Shown in pieces: positions 19,408-27,720 of a stretch of 64,000 nt of DNA; the first letter of the stretch is position 1, and every line of letters starts with the position of its first letter. The DNA lies in the IMG/VR virus record IMGVR_UViG_3300045257_000207, positions 1-64,000 of that record, one strand, 5' to 3'. The notes under the pieces were generated by a model. That model worked only from the letters and a program-made list of their open reading frames with translations, searched no databases and was not told where the DNA came from. This stretch comes from a virus. The translations under genes and the position numbers were made by a program.

Positions 19408-22011
19408 ATGACATATATTTCATCAGCTTTGACATACGAACGTGACAAGGTCATCGTTTGGGAAAGAGAACCAAATGGTGGTAGAAGAATCCAGAAACGC
19501 TACGACGCTCCATATTATTTCTACGTTAAAGACGATGCTGGTACTGACAAAGACATCTACGGTAATTCGATCACTAAGATCGACTTTGATAATTACGACG
19601 ACTTTAACAACGCCGTAAAGCGCCGCAAGGAAGACGGTGAATTATTGTATGAATCCGACATCCAAGCGGATTACAAGATTCTCTCGGAAAAATATTTCGG
19701 CAAGATTCCCGGCAAACTCAACACCACTTTCTTCGACATCGAGGTCGATTACGACCCGGCCAGAGGCTTCTCCAGCCCCGAGAACCCATATGCGCCTATC
19801 AGTGCAGTCGCCATCTATCACCAGCATACCAACGAAATGTTGGTCTATGCAGTACCGCCAGATAAATCGTGGTTTCAGAAGACCATTCCCAACGAATTGA
19901 CAAGCCTCGCAAAGATCGTTCTGTGCAAGAACGAGAAGGAATTGCTCGGATACTTGTTGGACGAATTTGAAGATAGCGATATTCTTTCAGGGTGGAACTC
20001 GGAAGGATACGATATTCCTTACGTCTATGAAAGACTCAAGAAGGTCTTGGGGCAACATGCTGCCAATCGCCTTTCCTTCAAGGACGCTCGCGTTCCAAAA
20101 TACAAAGAAGTAAAGCAAAAGCACGGCAAGGTTCTCCAGAAGCTGGAAATCTTCGGGCGTGTGCATATAGATTACATGATCCTCACCCAGAAGTTTGAGC
20201 CGGGGGAACGCGATTCATCCGCATTGGAAAACGTTGCAGAGGAAGTGCTTCCGCATTTGAAGAAATTGACGTATGAGGGGTCACTGGCGCAACTCTACCA
20301 CAATGACTTCCTGTATTTCTTACGATACAACATTCGCGATTGTGAAATCCTGCAAGGCTTTGAAGAGAAGAAAGGCTTCATGGCACTCGCCGTGATTCTG
20401 TCGCATATGGATGCAGGACAGATCGAAGACGTTATCGGTACAATCAAATTGACCGAATTGTCCATGATCAACCACTGTCACCATGTCTTGAATCAGAGAG
20501 TACACGATACCAAGAAGGATTTCGATATAGTAGAAGGCAAGTACGGTGGCGCAATCGTGTTGAAACCACAAGCTGGTTTACACGAAAAGGTAGGCTCCAT
20601 CGACGCAAGGTCGCTGTACCCGTCCACCATGCGTACCATCAACATCAGCCCAGAAACCATCATCGGGCAGTTCTTGAATGATGACGCTGATTACACTTTC
20701 CTACGAAAGGGTGCGGCATATAAAGACTTGACTGTCAGGTTTGAAGACGGCAGTGTCGAGACGCGGTCGAACGCTGAATGGATCGAATTCTTCCGCGAAG
20801 TCGGATATGCGGTCAGTGGATTTGGCACCATCTTTGATCAGAATCGTCAGGGAATTCTCCCCGCACTACTTACTTCGTGGTTCAATCAACGTAAAGAATA
20901 CCAAAAGAAAGCAGCCGAAGCGGAAAGAGAGTATTTACGTCTGAAAGCTGCCGGTCTTGATTACAAAGAAGTACGAGACCAGTACCAGTATTTCGACAAG
21001 GTACAGAACATCTTCAAGCTGAAATTGAACAGTACATACGGTGCGTGCGGTAGCAGGTTCTTCAAATTCTATGATATTCGTCTGGCAGAATCCACGACCA
21101 AGACAGGTCGCGAAATCCTGTACCACATGGCGAGAATGATAGGATTGCTGACAGAAGGCACATATCAATATCCAAACGATGCCGTCATCTATGGCGATAC
21201 CGACTCCAACTATTTCAAGACTTACGGTACTGATATCGAAGACGCGTTTAATATCGCCATTTATATCACCAGAAAGATTAACGAATCCTTTGCACAGTTC
21301 TGTGCAGACTCGTTCTTCACTTCCGAAGCAAACTCGAAACTGATTGAAGTATCTCAGGAAGTAGTTGCAGATAGGGCGATCTTTACTGCCGGTAAAAAGG
21401 GTTACATGATGCGCGTCTTGAAAAAGGACGGCAACAATGTTGACAAAATTAAGGTAACCGGACTACCGATCAAGAAAACTAGCACTCCAAAACCTATCCG
21501 TGTTAAACTGACTGCATACATGGAAGGATTTCTTAAAGGAACCGAGTGGAGCGATGTCGGCTTGAAGATGCTCGAATTGAAGGAAGCTATCATAGAATCG
21601 CGTGACGTTTCCCTGATCGGGCTTCCGGGTAACGTGAATAACGTGGAAGATTACGTCTCACGTTTCAACGCCAAGGAACCGGGGTTGTGTCTGCCGTTTA
21701 GAGTCAAGGCTTCTATGTTTTGGAACAAGTGTCTTGAGCAATATGGTGATACTGAGTCCTATCAGATAGTTTCCGGGATGAAGATTCGCGTGTTGTACCT
21801 CAAAAAGGAAATCGATGGGTATGATGCAATCGCGATACCGGTCGATTTGGCTATAGTTCCGCCTTGGTTCAAGGAGCATTTCTTGACTAATCTTGACATG
21901 CAAAAACAAGTTCTGCGTTTGGTTGATATGCCGATGAAATCATTGTTACTAGCCATCGACCAGAGTATACCTTCCAGAAAATCACTATTAACCGATGAGT
22001 TATTTTCCTAA
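19408..22011 (+). CDS. gp43: Family B DNA polymerase (T4 gp43-like)
   Basis: Exonuclease motifs FDIE, GWNSEGYDIPY and YNIRD; polymerase motifs DARSLYPS, KLKLNSTYG and YGDTDS; AGGAG RBS before ATG at 19408. Confidence 0.97.
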   Translation: MTYISSALTYERDKVIVWEREPNGGRRIQKRYDAPYYFYVKDDAGTDKDIYGNSITKIDFDNYDDFNNAVKRRKEDGELLYESDIQADYKILSEKYFGKIPGKLNTTFFDIEVDYDPARGFSSPENPYAPISAVAIYHQHTNEMLVYAVPPDKSWFQKTIPNELTSLAKIVLCKNEKELLGYLLDEFEDSDILSGWNSEGYDIPYVYERLKKVLGQHAANRLSFKDARVPKYKEVKQKHGKVLQKLEIFGRVHIDYMILTQKFEPGERDSSALENVAEEVLPHLKKLTYEGSLAQLYHNDFLYFLRYNIRDCEILQGFEEKKGFMALAVILSHMDAGQIEDVIGTIKLTELSMINHCHHVLNQRVHDTKKDFDIVEGKYGGAIVLKPQAGLHEKVGSIDARSLYPSTMRTINISPETIIGQFLNDDADYTFLRKGAAYKDLTVRFEDGSVETRSNAEWIEFFREVGYAVSGFGTIFDQNRQGILPALLTSWFNQRKEYQKKAAEAEREYLRLKAAGLDYKEVRDQYQYFDKVQNIFKLKLNSTYGACGSRFFKFYDIRLAESTTKTGREILYHMARMIGLLTEGTYQYPNDAVIYGDTDSNYFKTYGTDIEDAFNIAIYITRKINESFAQFCADSFFTSEANSKLIEVSQEVVADRAIFTAGKKGYMMRVLKKDGNNVDKIKVTGLPIKKTSTPKPIRVKLTAYMEGFLKGTEWSDVGLKMLELKEAIIESRDVSLIGLPGNVNNVEDYVSRFNAKEPGLCLPFRVKASMFWNKCLEQYGDTESYQIVSGMKIRVLYLKKEIDGYDAIAIPVDLAIVPPWFKEHFLTNLDMQKQVLRLVDMPMKSLLLAIDQSIPSRKSLLTDELFS

Positions 22012-22727
22012 TGGCATCACTACAATTAAGCAAAAACACGGTACAGATCATCAAACAAGCTTTGTTGGTTGCGACCGTCACAAAGACTGAAGAAATCCTT
22101 TTGGATGATTTCGGTATCAGCGGACGATCCAAGACCACCGGAATCTTGATCATTCAAGGTCGCGATGAGGTCTTCGAATTTACTGCATTGGGTATCGGTC
22201 GAGTGTCAGAGTTGAAGTCTCGACTGAACTTGATCATTGATGATCCGTCGCTGGTAGTGGAATTCGTTGAACCAGTCATGGAACCCGGTTCCGGTAACGT
22301 TTTCAAGCTTATTTTCAAGACAACGAAGACCAAGATCGAATATCGTTGCATGAAACCAGAACGCATCAAGACCAAGAAAAATCTAGAAGACAAGCTGATT
22401 TTTCATTTCAAGCTGGATGAAGAGTCTGTCAAATTCATGACTACCGGTTGCAATGCCATGGGCAGCAACACGGTGACCTTCAGGTTGGATGAGAATGACC
22501 ATTTATACCTTCAGATCAAAGACGATGAAGGTGATGTATTGGAACATCTTGTGTCCAAAGACGTGAAACGATATCCAGAACAGGAAGGCGTACCGTACAC
22601 TGCAAACTATAACGTTCCGAAGCTGACGCCATTGCTCAAATCGGGCGACGTGACGGTACGAGTGACCCGCCGTGGAGCGTTCAACCTGATTTCTGACGGG
22701 CTAAATATCTATCTACTCCCCGAATAA
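22011..22727 (+). CDS. Putative sliding clamp-like protein
   Basis: 238 aa, coupled to the polymerase stop, beta-rich two-lobe pattern ending IYLLPE. Inferred from size and context only. Confidence 0.45.
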   Translation: MASLQLSKNTVQIIKQALLVATVTKTEEILLDDFGISGRSKTTGILIIQGRDEVFEFTALGIGRVSELKSRLNLIIDDPSLVVEFVEPVMEPGSGNVFKLIFKTTKTKIEYRCMKPERIKTKKNLEDKLIFHFKLDEESVKFMTTGCNAMGSNTVTFRLDENDHLYLQIKDDEGDVLEHLVSKDVKRYPEQEGVPYTANYNVPKLTPLLKSGDVTVRVTRRGAFNLISDGLNIYLLPE

Positions 22728-22737
22728 GGAATCGTCA

Positions 22738-23109
22738 ATGTTTGTCACTAAGAAGCAAATGGAAGCAGAAATCAAGAGGCAAATGGACGCCCTTAAAGAC
22801 GCATGTCTGGCGGACATGGAAGCTCATAAACAAGCAATCACGGCCTCTATCGATCAAGCCATTACCCTGCGAACCGCAGCAGAAAAACAGAAGCGTTATG
22901 AATCCGAGGAACCATACGTGGAAATCGTTTGCGAACGGTTATCTACGGATGGGAGCGTTGAGTTGAATCTCGACTGGAACGATGCGTTCATTCGCCTTCT
23001 CAAGACGAAAGGCTACAAGGCTCCCACTGAGGACAAGCTGATTGAACTGTGGATGGCGTCGCTCAGTCAAAACACTGCTGACAACATAGGCAAAGAATCC
23101 TTCCAATGA
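22738..23109 (+). CDS. Conserved phage hypothetical protein
   Basis: 123 aa; LDWNDAFI..L...GY...E motif; AAGGA RBS. Confidence 0.6.
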   Translation: MFVTKKQMEAEIKRQMDALKDACLADMEAHKQAITASIDQAITLRTAAEKQKRYESEEPYVEIVCERLSTDGSVELNLDWNDAFIRLLKTKGYKAPTEDKLIELWMASLSQNTADNIGKESFQ

Positions 23110-24074
23110 AGACCAACGTCATCCTTGACATTAGCAACATCCTGTATAGCAATTTTTACATGGCTACCAAGGACAAGCTGGATATCATTCTGGCGAAAGC
23201 CCATGTTGCGGCGTTCGATAGTATCAACAAATATTTCCGCGAGTACCATTGCGACGAAACCATTGTCGCATTCGACGGCAAATTCAACTGGCGTAAGCGA
23301 TACACCAGAGAAGACCCGAATCGAGTTACCCACAAGAAATACAAGGGGCAACGTCGCCAGAATCTGACCGCCGCAGAAACGGCAAAATTGGAACAGTTCG
23401 ATGAGCATGTCGTGGAGTTTCGTGAAATCCTGAAGAATTACACGGGATTGTTGGTCTTACATCACGAAAATCTTGAAGCCGATGACTTGATCGCCGGTTA
23501 CATTCAGTCACACCCAAACGAAAAGCATCTGATCGTATCCCAAGACAGGGATTATTTACAACTGCTCGGGCAAAAGCATGTCATGATGCTCGACCCCAGA
23601 ACAAAGGCCCAATTGACCCTCAAGGAATACTATGAAGACCATGAATACTTCATGTTCCAGAAATGTATCCGAGGCGATCAGGGTGATAACGTGATGTCCT
23701 GTTTCCCTCGCATCAGAAGTACAAAGATTGAAGCGGCATACACTGATGCCTTCGCATATCAAGCATTGATGGCTAACGAGTTCGAGGTAGAATTTCTAGA
23801 TGACAACGGAATCCTACAAAAAAAACGATATAAAACCAAGGAAGTCTATTGGGAAAATCGACTTTTGATGGATTTATCCAGACAACCGAAAGTGATCCGT
23901 GCGATGATGACGGATGCCATCGAAAGGTGCAAGGCCAATCGTGGCACGTATGACATGTTCAAGTTCTTGAAATTCTGCGGTCGCAACGACCTTCAGATCA
24001 TCGTCCAGAACATTTCCAAGTATTCAAAACTGCTTCAGGGGCCGATCAACCAAGAGGCTGCTCAGGAGGCTTAG
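23106..24074 (+). CDS. rnh: RNase H / 5'-3' flap exonuclease (T4 Rnh-like)
   Basis: ILDISN, AFDG..NWRK, YKGQR, LEADDLIA, SQDRDYLQL and GDQGDNV motifs. Confidence 0.92.
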   Translation: MKTNVILDISNILYSNFYMATKDKLDIILAKAHVAAFDSINKYFREYHCDETIVAFDGKFNWRKRYTREDPNRVTHKKYKGQRRQNLTAAETAKLEQFDEHVVEFREILKNYTGLLVLHHENLEADDLIAGYIQSHPNEKHLIVSQDRDYLQLLGQKHVMMLDPRTKAQLTLKEYYEDHEYFMFQKCIRGDQGDNVMSCFPRIRSTKIEAAYTDAFAYQALMANEFEVEFLDDNGILQKKRYKTKEVYWENRLLMDLSRQPKVIRAMMTDAIERCKANRGTYDMFKFLKFCGRNDLQIIVQNISKYSKLLQGPINQEAAQEA

Positions 24075-24453
24075 TACCATCATCCGGTGGCTTTGCCGCA
24101 CTCGAAGGACTAAAGTCTTCCCAGCGGCGTCCTGTGGCCGTGTACAGTCCAAAGATGCCGGTGGACAACCCGATAATGGTTGTAACAAAGGCCGACTGTG
24201 CAGTCGTTGGGCCACCCACAACACCAGATGCCGTGCAAGCTAAAAGTCGCATTTGATCGAAAGAGATATGATTCGCAAGAGCGGTCGTGATGATGGCCGG
24301 GTCGCATTTTTCTTGTACATATGTAGGGATACTTTTGAACCATATATACAGTTGGAAGACAAGCCATCCGTAACAAAATAGCATCATGCGTGGCACAATG
24401 CGCCACGAGTCAATTAACTCTGACGCTATTAACAAATTGTCTCGGATTCGCAT
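24046..24453 (-). CDS. Two-TM membrane protein, holin-like
   Basis: Two hydrophobic helices (RIVPRMMLFCYGWLVFQLYIWF; SAFVTTIIGLSTGIFGLY); AATAAATA box on - at 24483-24490. Confidence 0.55.
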   Translation of the reverse strand: MRIRDNLLIASELIDSWRIVPRMMLFCYGWLVFQLYIWFKSIPTYVQEKCDPAIITTALANHISFDQMRLLACTASGVVGGPTTAQSAFVTTIIGLSTGIFGLYTATGRRWEDFSPSSAAKPPDDGTKPPEQPLG

Positions 24454-24517
24454 GATTTTCCTAAAAGTTCAGTTTCCCTACATATTTATTTGACCTTACA
24501 TCGTTTCGGAGAATTTT

Positions 24518-25219
24518 GTGGCCAAGCTAGGTCGTCCTAGAATCAGTTTTGAATACGACGAGGCCTGCGAATACGTCCAAGGGGAGATGTTAAAGTCGAA
24601 GGGTGAATATGACAAATGGTGGCTCTACAACAAGCCAGCACGCATTCCTAAGAACCCTGATCGAGCCTATAAGGTCGAGTGGATAGGATGGGGAGACTTT
24701 CTTGGTGTGTATAACGATTTCCCGAACGTTCGCACTAAACGACGAGACTTCAAGGAAGCCAGAGCATGGGTACATTCCCACCACATCAATAACGTGGAAG
24801 AATGGAGAGTTTTCTGCAAACGTGCTGATTTCCCGGCAGATATACCGAAACGGCCCGACGTGTATTACCGGGATTCATTGGAATGGTTGACTTGGAAAGA
24901 TTGGCTAGGTTATAAAGTAATAGATAAAATAGCCAAGATCGGAGAAACGGATCACATCATTTTGATTACGAAACACAGTAATCGCCCCAACAATGTTTAT
25001 GACATAGGGATGACGAATCTCGGAAAAGATAACATCCTCTCACACCAACAGAAGACAGGATTCAAAATCGTGGCAGCGTTCTACCACGATAAGGAAAGTA
25101 ATTGGGTAGAACCCATCGCCAAATACATGCAGCAATATGATGAAACATCGTTCATCGTACCAAATATTGCTGACATTCTCAGCTACTTGTCGCTCCATTA
25201 TCTACCGGTTCGATGGTAG
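24518..25219 (+). CDS. Protein with two 'phage integrase repeat'-type units (PF14882-like)
   Basis: Two copies of (F/Y).EA...V....l.s..E(Y/W)..w......IP..PD..Y...W..W.D(F/W)LG; no tyrosine recombinase catalytic domain. Confidence 0.7.
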   Translation: MAKLGRPRISFEYDEACEYVQGEMLKSKGEYDKWWLYNKPARIPKNPDRAYKVEWIGWGDFLGVYNDFPNVRTKRRDFKEARAWVHSHHINNVEEWRVFCKRADFPADIPKRPDVYYRDSLEWLTWKDWLGYKVIDKIAKIGETDHIILITKHSNRPNNVYDIGMTNLGKDNILSHQQKTGFKIVAAFYHDKESNWVEPIAKYMQQYDETSFIVPNIADILSYLSLHYLPVRW

Positions 25220-25649
25220 ATGGTCGGAAGAGTTCTTCTAACTGGATGAACGTGTGAGCGGCTCTGATGATATGTCCCTGTAGTTCCCTACCATGTGCGG
25301 AAAATTCGTCCACAGTCATCCATGTGGTCTCTCCAGTCTCGAAATGCGGTTCTTTGAACTCACATTCTCTACTGACTCGACCGATATAAACCGTCATGCG
25401 ACCGAGGAACACTCCCAACTTTTTCACGCCACTAACGCTGGACGCAATGAGTCCAAGTTCTTCCGATGCCTCGCGTAGGGCCGCAACAGCGGCGGTTTCC
25501 CCGTCGTCTATTTTACCCTTAGCGATTTGGAATTGATCCCCACCGTATAACGAGTTAGACGGCTTCATTAGATAAAATTCGTAATCATCACCACTTTCGG
25601 TGAGCCGATAGGGGATAAATCCGGCACGGTAAACTACATCCTTGGACAT
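25179..25649 (-). CDS. NUDIX hydrolase
   Basis: Nudix box KGKIDDGETAAVAALREASEELGL; AGGAGA RBS before ATG at 25649. Confidence 0.92.
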   Translation of the reverse strand: MSKDVVYRAGFIPYRLTESGDDYEFYLMKPSNSLYGGDQFQIAKGKIDDGETAAVAALREASEELGLIASSVSGVKKLGVFLGRMTVYIGRVSRECEFKEPHFETGETTWMTVDEFSAHGRELQGHIIRAAHTFIQLEELFRPSTIEPVDNGATSS

Positions 25650-25692
25650 ACATTTCTCCTGATTTTGTATCGTGACACACACTTTTTTCGAA

Positions 25693-25700
25693 TCTAAATA
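25693..25700 (+). promoter_or_regulatory. Late promoter variant TCTAAATA
   Basis: Same variant occurs at 9378-9385 and on - at 43947-43954. Confidence 0.6.
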
Positions 25701-25743
25701 CTTCTAAGCACAAAACCAATTACATGATCTTAAGGAGATTCAC

Positions 25744-26211
25744 ATGGCCGCACCAAAGTTTCAACACGTAAGATGGATCGATTTGACCGGAAATGGCATT
25801 GCAAAAGAAATTCTGGTCTTCCACGAAGATCAGTCAAACGGGGATATTTACTTTATTCCAGTGGAGCATTTGGATGCAATCGACAAGCGCCGCATCGTTA
25901 TGATGCTTCGTAGTCGTGATGCCAGCACATATCCTCTTTGGGAAGTTATGTCTAACACCACGTTGGGCAACGGGCAGAACGCACTCCTGCTCTATCATCA
26001 GCTTGTCAAGGTTCGTACACGCAACGGTCAAATCTTGCCTCCGGGTAAGGGTCGCGGTATTTCCAACGCTCCAGTGAGGTCTCTCACTGAGGAATTGGGT
26101 GGTAATTCTCCTGCCGCATCGGTAGGGCCAGTTACCGCCCCAGCCCCAACCGCTGCACCGGAAGATGCACCGGTAAAGCGTGGAGCCGGTCGTCCACCGA
26201 AACAGCAGTAA
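25744..26211 (+). CDS. Hypothetical protein with C-terminal AT-hook-like motif
   Basis: AAGGAG RBS; P/A-rich linker ending KRGAGRPPKQQ. Confidence 0.65.
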   Translation: MAAPKFQHVRWIDLTGNGIAKEILVFHEDQSNGDIYFIPVEHLDAIDKRRIVMMLRSRDASTYPLWEVMSNTTLGNGQNALLLYHQLVKVRTRNGQILPPGKGRGISNAPVRSLTEELGGNSPAASVGPVTAPAPTAAPEDAPVKRGAGRPPKQQ

Positions 26212-26236
26212 TACAGGATAGCATAAGTTAGAACAA

Positions 26237-26271
26237 AACGGGAATGTTCTCTGAGCATTCCCGTTCTTTTT
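26237..26271 (+). terminator. Hairpin plus U-tract upstream of the GT60 gene
   Basis: AACGGGAATGTTC-TCT-GAGCATTCCCGTT-CTTTTT. Confidence 0.7.
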
Positions 26272-26283
26272 AGAGGAAAATAA

Positions 26284-27657
26284 ATGAATTCGATCTTTGT
26301 ACAGATGGCCAGCTATCGTGATCCTCAACTTATTCCAACACTCCAGAATTTGATCAGTCAAGCCGAACATCCAAAGAATTTGAGAATTGTTGTCTGTTGG
26401 CAACATGGGGATGATGAATCCACAGAAGATTTTCTAGGTGCGGATTTCGATATCCAAGGGTATCGCACGTCAGAAGGAAATGATCCGCGTGATATCATTG
26501 AGGCCATCCACAAAGGTGCCATCGTTGAACTTATCGATGTGCCACATTTCGATTCACAAGGAGCATGCTGGGCACGTAATAAAATTCAGCAATGCTACAA
26601 TGGAGAGAAATACACTCTTCAACTTGACTCACATCATCGTTTCGTTAAGCATTGGGATACAAAGGTTATCGAAATGTTGGAGAGTGTACGCTATAAAAGC
26701 AAGAAGCCGGTCTTGACCGCCTACATTCCAAGCTTTGATCCGGAAAATGATCCACAGGGTCGCGTCACGGTGCCGTGGAAAATGGACTTTGATCGATTCA
26801 TCCCGGAAGGGGCAGTTTTCTTTATGCCAGCATCTATTGATGACTGGAAAGAAAGAAAAGAACCGATGCGAGCTAGGTTTTATTCTGGACATTTCGCATT
26901 CGCGGACGGCTCCTTTGCCGTAGAAGTGCAACACGATCCCGACTACTTTTTCCATGGAGAAGAAATCTCCATCGGCGTCCGGGCCTTTACACACGGATAC
27001 GATCTTTATCATCCAATAGGGTTGATAGCATGGCACGAATACACACGAAAGGGTCGTACCAAGGTTTGGGATGATCACACAACACCAGAAAAGAAGAACG
27101 GTAAAATCAAGCTCGACTGGGTGGAACGTAATAACCTGTGTCATCGTAGAAACCGAATCTTGTTCGGAATGGACGGTGAAGACCCACGTCAAATAGAATT
27201 CGGCAAATACGGCTTCGGAACGGAACGAACGTTACAAGAATTTGAACGGTTTGCCGGGATGTCATTCAAATACCGTGCCGTACAACAGTACACCATAGAT
27301 AAAAAGGAACCCGTCTATCCGGTGGAAAACGTGTATGATACAGAACAGGCTTGGCGTGACAGCATGACAACTTCGAATGATGTACGAATATGCTTCCACA
27401 CCAATCATCTAAAACATCCAAAACTGGACAAGATTCCATCAGACTTTGATTTTTGGTATGTGGCGGCACACGACGCAGATGGCGAAATCTTCCGCAAAGA
27501 CCCAGTGGAAACAGAAATCAAAAATATGATGCAGCACGATTGGATCGACTACCGTTTGATTTTTCTATCAAATCGACGCCCGACCAAGTTCGTGGTTTGG
27601 CCACATAGCAAAACTGTCGATTGGGGAGAACGATTCGAAATCCCGATCAAGGATTGA
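26284..27657 (+). CDS. GT60-family polypeptide/hydroxyproline N-acetylglucosaminyltransferase (Gnt1/Gnt2-like)
   Basis: SIFVQMASYRD, GACWAR, YTLQLDSHHRFVKHWD, FFHGEE, RAFTHGYDLYHP and GTERTL are hallmark GT60 (PF11397) motifs. Confidence 0.88.
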   Translation: MNSIFVQMASYRDPQLIPTLQNLISQAEHPKNLRIVVCWQHGDDESTEDFLGADFDIQGYRTSEGNDPRDIIEAIHKGAIVELIDVPHFDSQGACWARNKIQQCYNGEKYTLQLDSHHRFVKHWDTKVIEMLESVRYKSKKPVLTAYIPSFDPENDPQGRVTVPWKMDFDRFIPEGAVFFMPASIDDWKERKEPMRARFYSGHFAFADGSFAVEVQHDPDYFFHGEEISIGVRAFTHGYDLYHPIGLIAWHEYTRKGRTKVWDDHTTPEKKNGKIKLDWVERNNLCHRRNRILFGMDGEDPRQIEFGKYGFGTERTLQEFERFAGMSFKYRAVQQYTIDKKEPVYPVENVYDTEQAWRDSMTTSNDVRICFHTNHLKHPKLDKIPSDFDFWYVAAHDADGEIFRKDPVETEIKNMMQHDWIDYRLIFLSNRRPTKFVVWPHSKTVDWGERFEIPIKD

Positions 27658-27696
27658 AAAGGCCCCCGTAAATCGGGGGCTTTTCTTGCATAAATA
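27656..27696 (+). terminator. Intrinsic terminator followed by late promoter CATAAATA (27689-27696)
   Basis: AAAAGGCCCCCG-TAAAT-CGGGGGCTTTTC then CATAAATA. Confidence 0.8.
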
Positions 27697-27720
27697 CAGA
27701 TACCTCAAAAGGCACAGTCA

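Noticed and set aside
24518-25219. Integrase / lysogeny module
   Set aside because: Only the repeat units are present; no R-H-R-Y recombinase domain or att site.
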